Shown here in pieces: positions 23,432 through 25,562 of a stretch of DNA of 25,562 nucleotides (within the stretch, counting starts at the first letter, position 1; each line of letters starts with the position of its first letter). Both the position numbers and the translations under genes were made by a program. Under the pieces are notes generated by a model. It was given only the letters and a program-made list of their open reading frames with translations, did not search any database and was not told the origin of the DNA. Origin of the DNA: Candidatus Helarchaeota archaeon. GTDB lineage: Archaea > Asgardarchaeota > Lokiarchaeia > Helarchaeales > RDOG01. The DNA lies in NCBI GenBank assembly GCA_029838215.1, contig JALGVI010000078.1:1-25562 (forward strand), in the 5' to 3' direction.

Positions 23432-25417
23432 TTGTCGATCCCCGTGGAAACGCGTCCATTTTTCCCATTCGCCAAAGTTCGACCCGGGCAGGCAACGCTC
23501 ATCACGAAACTATACCAAGCAGTAAAGACGAACAAACACTCCTGTTTTGATGCAGCAAATGGGATCGGAAAGACGGTTTCCGTGCTTGCAAGCACCTTAC
23601 CCGTAATTCTCGAGCAAGGAAAACTTCTGATTTATTGTGCACGCACGCATTCCCAGATGAATCGAGTATTGGATGAAATTCAATTAATCAATGAAAAAGC
23701 ACCATTAAAGACTTCAGCAATTTCTTTAAAGGGAAAAAAGGAAATGTGCATTAACCGCACGGTTTTGGATGCCGTGACAAGCTCTGCGGATCTGATTGAT
23801 TATTGTAACAGTCTAAAGGGGCGGAAACCATCCGAACAATGTCCATTTTTCCGAAATTTCCGCGAACAAAAAGGAAAAATCACTAAACTCTTTAATAAAG
23901 CAGTTTGTTCTGATCAAGTATTGATTTCTGAAGGATATCAGATGCAAATTTGCCCTTACGAGCTTTCTAGAAGCCTTCTCTCCCGTGTCGATGTCGTAAT
24001 CACGACGTATAATTACCTGATACACCCTGAAATTCAACGGCTTTTTTTTAATGATATCAATCGGACAATTTCCGAGTGCGTCATCGTGTTTGATGAATCA
24101 CATAACCTTCCGGATATTGCCATGAATGCCAATTCTGATTATATCTCGTTAAATTCCGTGCTTCGAGCCAAAAAAGAGTTGAAAACAATGGAAGGCTCGC
24201 ACGAGGTCATTGAAAAGGTGTTGGATTTCTTCGCCGATTATCTCGAACAAGAGCTCAGGCGTTATGAATCGTCAGGAGCACGATGGTCTGAAGAACACGG
24301 AATAAATGAAATCATTCTTCGGCAGAAACTTGTTGCCCTTGGTTTAAACGAAGGCATCATTCAAGATGCAATTGCTTTAGGGCGCCAATATCGACTTGAA
24401 AAAATAAAAATGTTCGAAGATGCCGGCACGAAGAAACGCGTGAATTCTTCTCTCAATAAATTTGGCCGATTTCTTAGTCTACTCGATCAATCTTTGGATG
24501 ATCATTGCTATTTTCATGAGTTGGAATTCGTTAAAGGAAAAAAACAGACGATCGTGCGTCTCCATGCCCGTTGCCTTGATGCTCGTCCAATTTTGGTGCC
24601 ATTATTCAACGGTGTAGTCTCCTGCCTTTCAGGTACGCTTCGTCCCGTAAAGGCATTCTGTCAGCTCGTGGGATATCCCTCATCTTATACTCAGGGAGTC
24701 ATTCCAAGCCCATTTCGATTCCAGAATATTTGTTGCCTTGCCATGCGGGATATTTCAACACGATATGCCGTGCGAACCCCTCAACTTTATTCCATCTTGC
24801 GCGGTCACCTGCGGGAAGTAATCGAAAATACACCCGGAAATGTTGGCATCTTTTGTGCTTCTTACGAAATATTGAGCAAGATATTGAACTACTCGTTCCG
24901 TCGTTATCTGAATACGGATTTGAACATTCCAGTATTTCGTGAATATCAAGATCTTGAGCGAAGTTTCTCAAGCACACAAAATGAAGAAATGATACAAAAG
25001 TTCAAGAAGATAGGGCGGGCAGGCAAGAAGGCCGTGCTATTTGGCGTGTGTGGGGGACGAAATTCTGAAGGTGTTGATTTTCCGGGCAATGAAATGAGGA
25101 CCGTTGTTATCGTGGGGTTTCCCCTTCTCCGACCTTCAATACGACTAGAAGCCCTTGAGACATTTTACAAGCAAGAATTTGGAGAAGAATTAGCACGGTT
25201 ATATGCATATCAAATCCCTGCCATTCGAAAATCCAACCAAGCTGCTGGGCGTCCCATTCGTAAAATCGATGATCATGGGGCAATTATTTTTCTCGATGAG
25301 CGTTTCACCTATAAAAAAGTGCGAAAATATCTGGCTTCGTGGCTTACTGATACAATGCGTGTCATTCCAAATGAAAAAGGTGTCATTGCAGCCCGGCTAA
25401 AAGAATTTGATTTTTAG
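23432..25417 (+). CDS. xpd: XPD/Rad3/DinG-family 5'-3' helicase with Fe-S cluster
   Basis: Q motif RPGQ, ANGIGKT, four Cys (EMCIN, DYCNS, EQCPFF, QICPYE), DESHN, SGTL, SEGVDF, QAAGRPIR. Confidence 0.92.
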   Translation: MSIPVETRPFFPFAKVRPGQATLITKLYQAVKTNKHSCFDAANGIGKTVSVLASTLPVILEQGKLLIYCARTHSQMNRVLDEIQLINEKAPLKTSAISLKGKKEMCINRTVLDAVTSSADLIDYCNSLKGRKPSEQCPFFRNFREQKGKITKLFNKAVCSDQVLISEGYQMQICPYELSRSLLSRVDVVITTYNYLIHPEIQRLFFNDINRTISECVIVFDESHNLPDIAMNANSDYISLNSVLRAKKELKTMEGSHEVIEKVLDFFADYLEQELRRYESSGARWSEEHGINEIILRQKLVALGLNEGIIQDAIALGRQYRLEKIKMFEDAGTKKRVNSSLNKFGRFLSLLDQSLDDHCYFHELEFVKGKKQTIVRLHARCLDARPILVPLFNGVVSCLSGTLRPVKAFCQLVGYPSSYTQGVIPSPFRFQNICCLAMRDISTRYAVRTPQLYSILRGHLREVIENTPGNVGIFCASYEILSKILNYSFRRYLNTDLNIPVFREYQDLERSFSSTQNEEMIQKFKKIGRAGKKAVLFGVCGGRNSEGVDFPGNEMRTVVIVGFPLLRPSIRLEALETFYKQEFGEELARLYAYQIPAIRKSNQAAGRPIRKIDDHGAIIFLDERFTYKKVRKYLASWLTDTMRVIPNEKGVIAARLKEFDF

Positions 25418-25418
25418 C

Positions 25419-25448
25419 TTCATTGAATTTATCAATTCGATCAATGAA
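25419..25448. terminator. Inverted repeat directly after xpd, possible terminator
   Basis: TTCATTGA (25419-25426) and TCAATGAA (25441-25448): 8-bp stem, 14-nt loop, followed by an A-run. Confidence 0.35.
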
Positions 25449-25562
25449 AAAAAATTGAACTTTTATCCAATTTTGATCCGATTCGACTCAAGTCATCTTT
25501 CAAAACCGATAAAAAAACACGCTACAGACTTTTTTTTTAAGCTTAGATACAAAGATAACCCT

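Noticed and set aside
1-25562. CRISPR arrays, tRNA, rRNA, IS elements, inteins
   Set aside because: No regularly spaced repeats, cloverleaf or rRNA-like segments, transposase motifs or intein signatures were seen in a manual read.

Overview
Gene-dense, AT-rich archaeal DNA, most likely from an Asgard archaeon. That assignment is an inference from a Gtr1/RagA-type small GTPase beside a uDENN/longin domain, plus archaeal PolB2, FEN1, RadA, Hel308 and XPD homologs. After an alpha/beta hydrolase, the window holds an unusually dense set of divergent DNA repair/recombination genes: PolB2, FEN1-like nuclease with PIP box, Hel308-like helicase with an inserted SWIM finger, RadB-like ATPase, RadA and XPD. 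Most are embedded in operons with uncharacterised membrane proteins, including small two-helix pilin-like proteins, TM plus alpha/beta-domain proteins, and an 803-aa surface protein. Four operon promoters share an identically spaced TATA-N7-TTTTACC(C/A) element, which suggests one regulon. A 1354-aa membrane protein fuses thioredoxin-like folds, a Regnase/NYN-type PIN RNase, a winged helix and an NPRL2-like longin domain, and is translationally coupled to the Rag-like GTPase. Best hypothesis: a co-regulated, membrane-associated DNA acquisition/repair system with a Rag-GTPase switch. No VirB4/HerA-type motor, integrase, transposase, rRNA, tRNA or CRISPR array was seen. All family assignments come from motifs read by eye, not from database searches.
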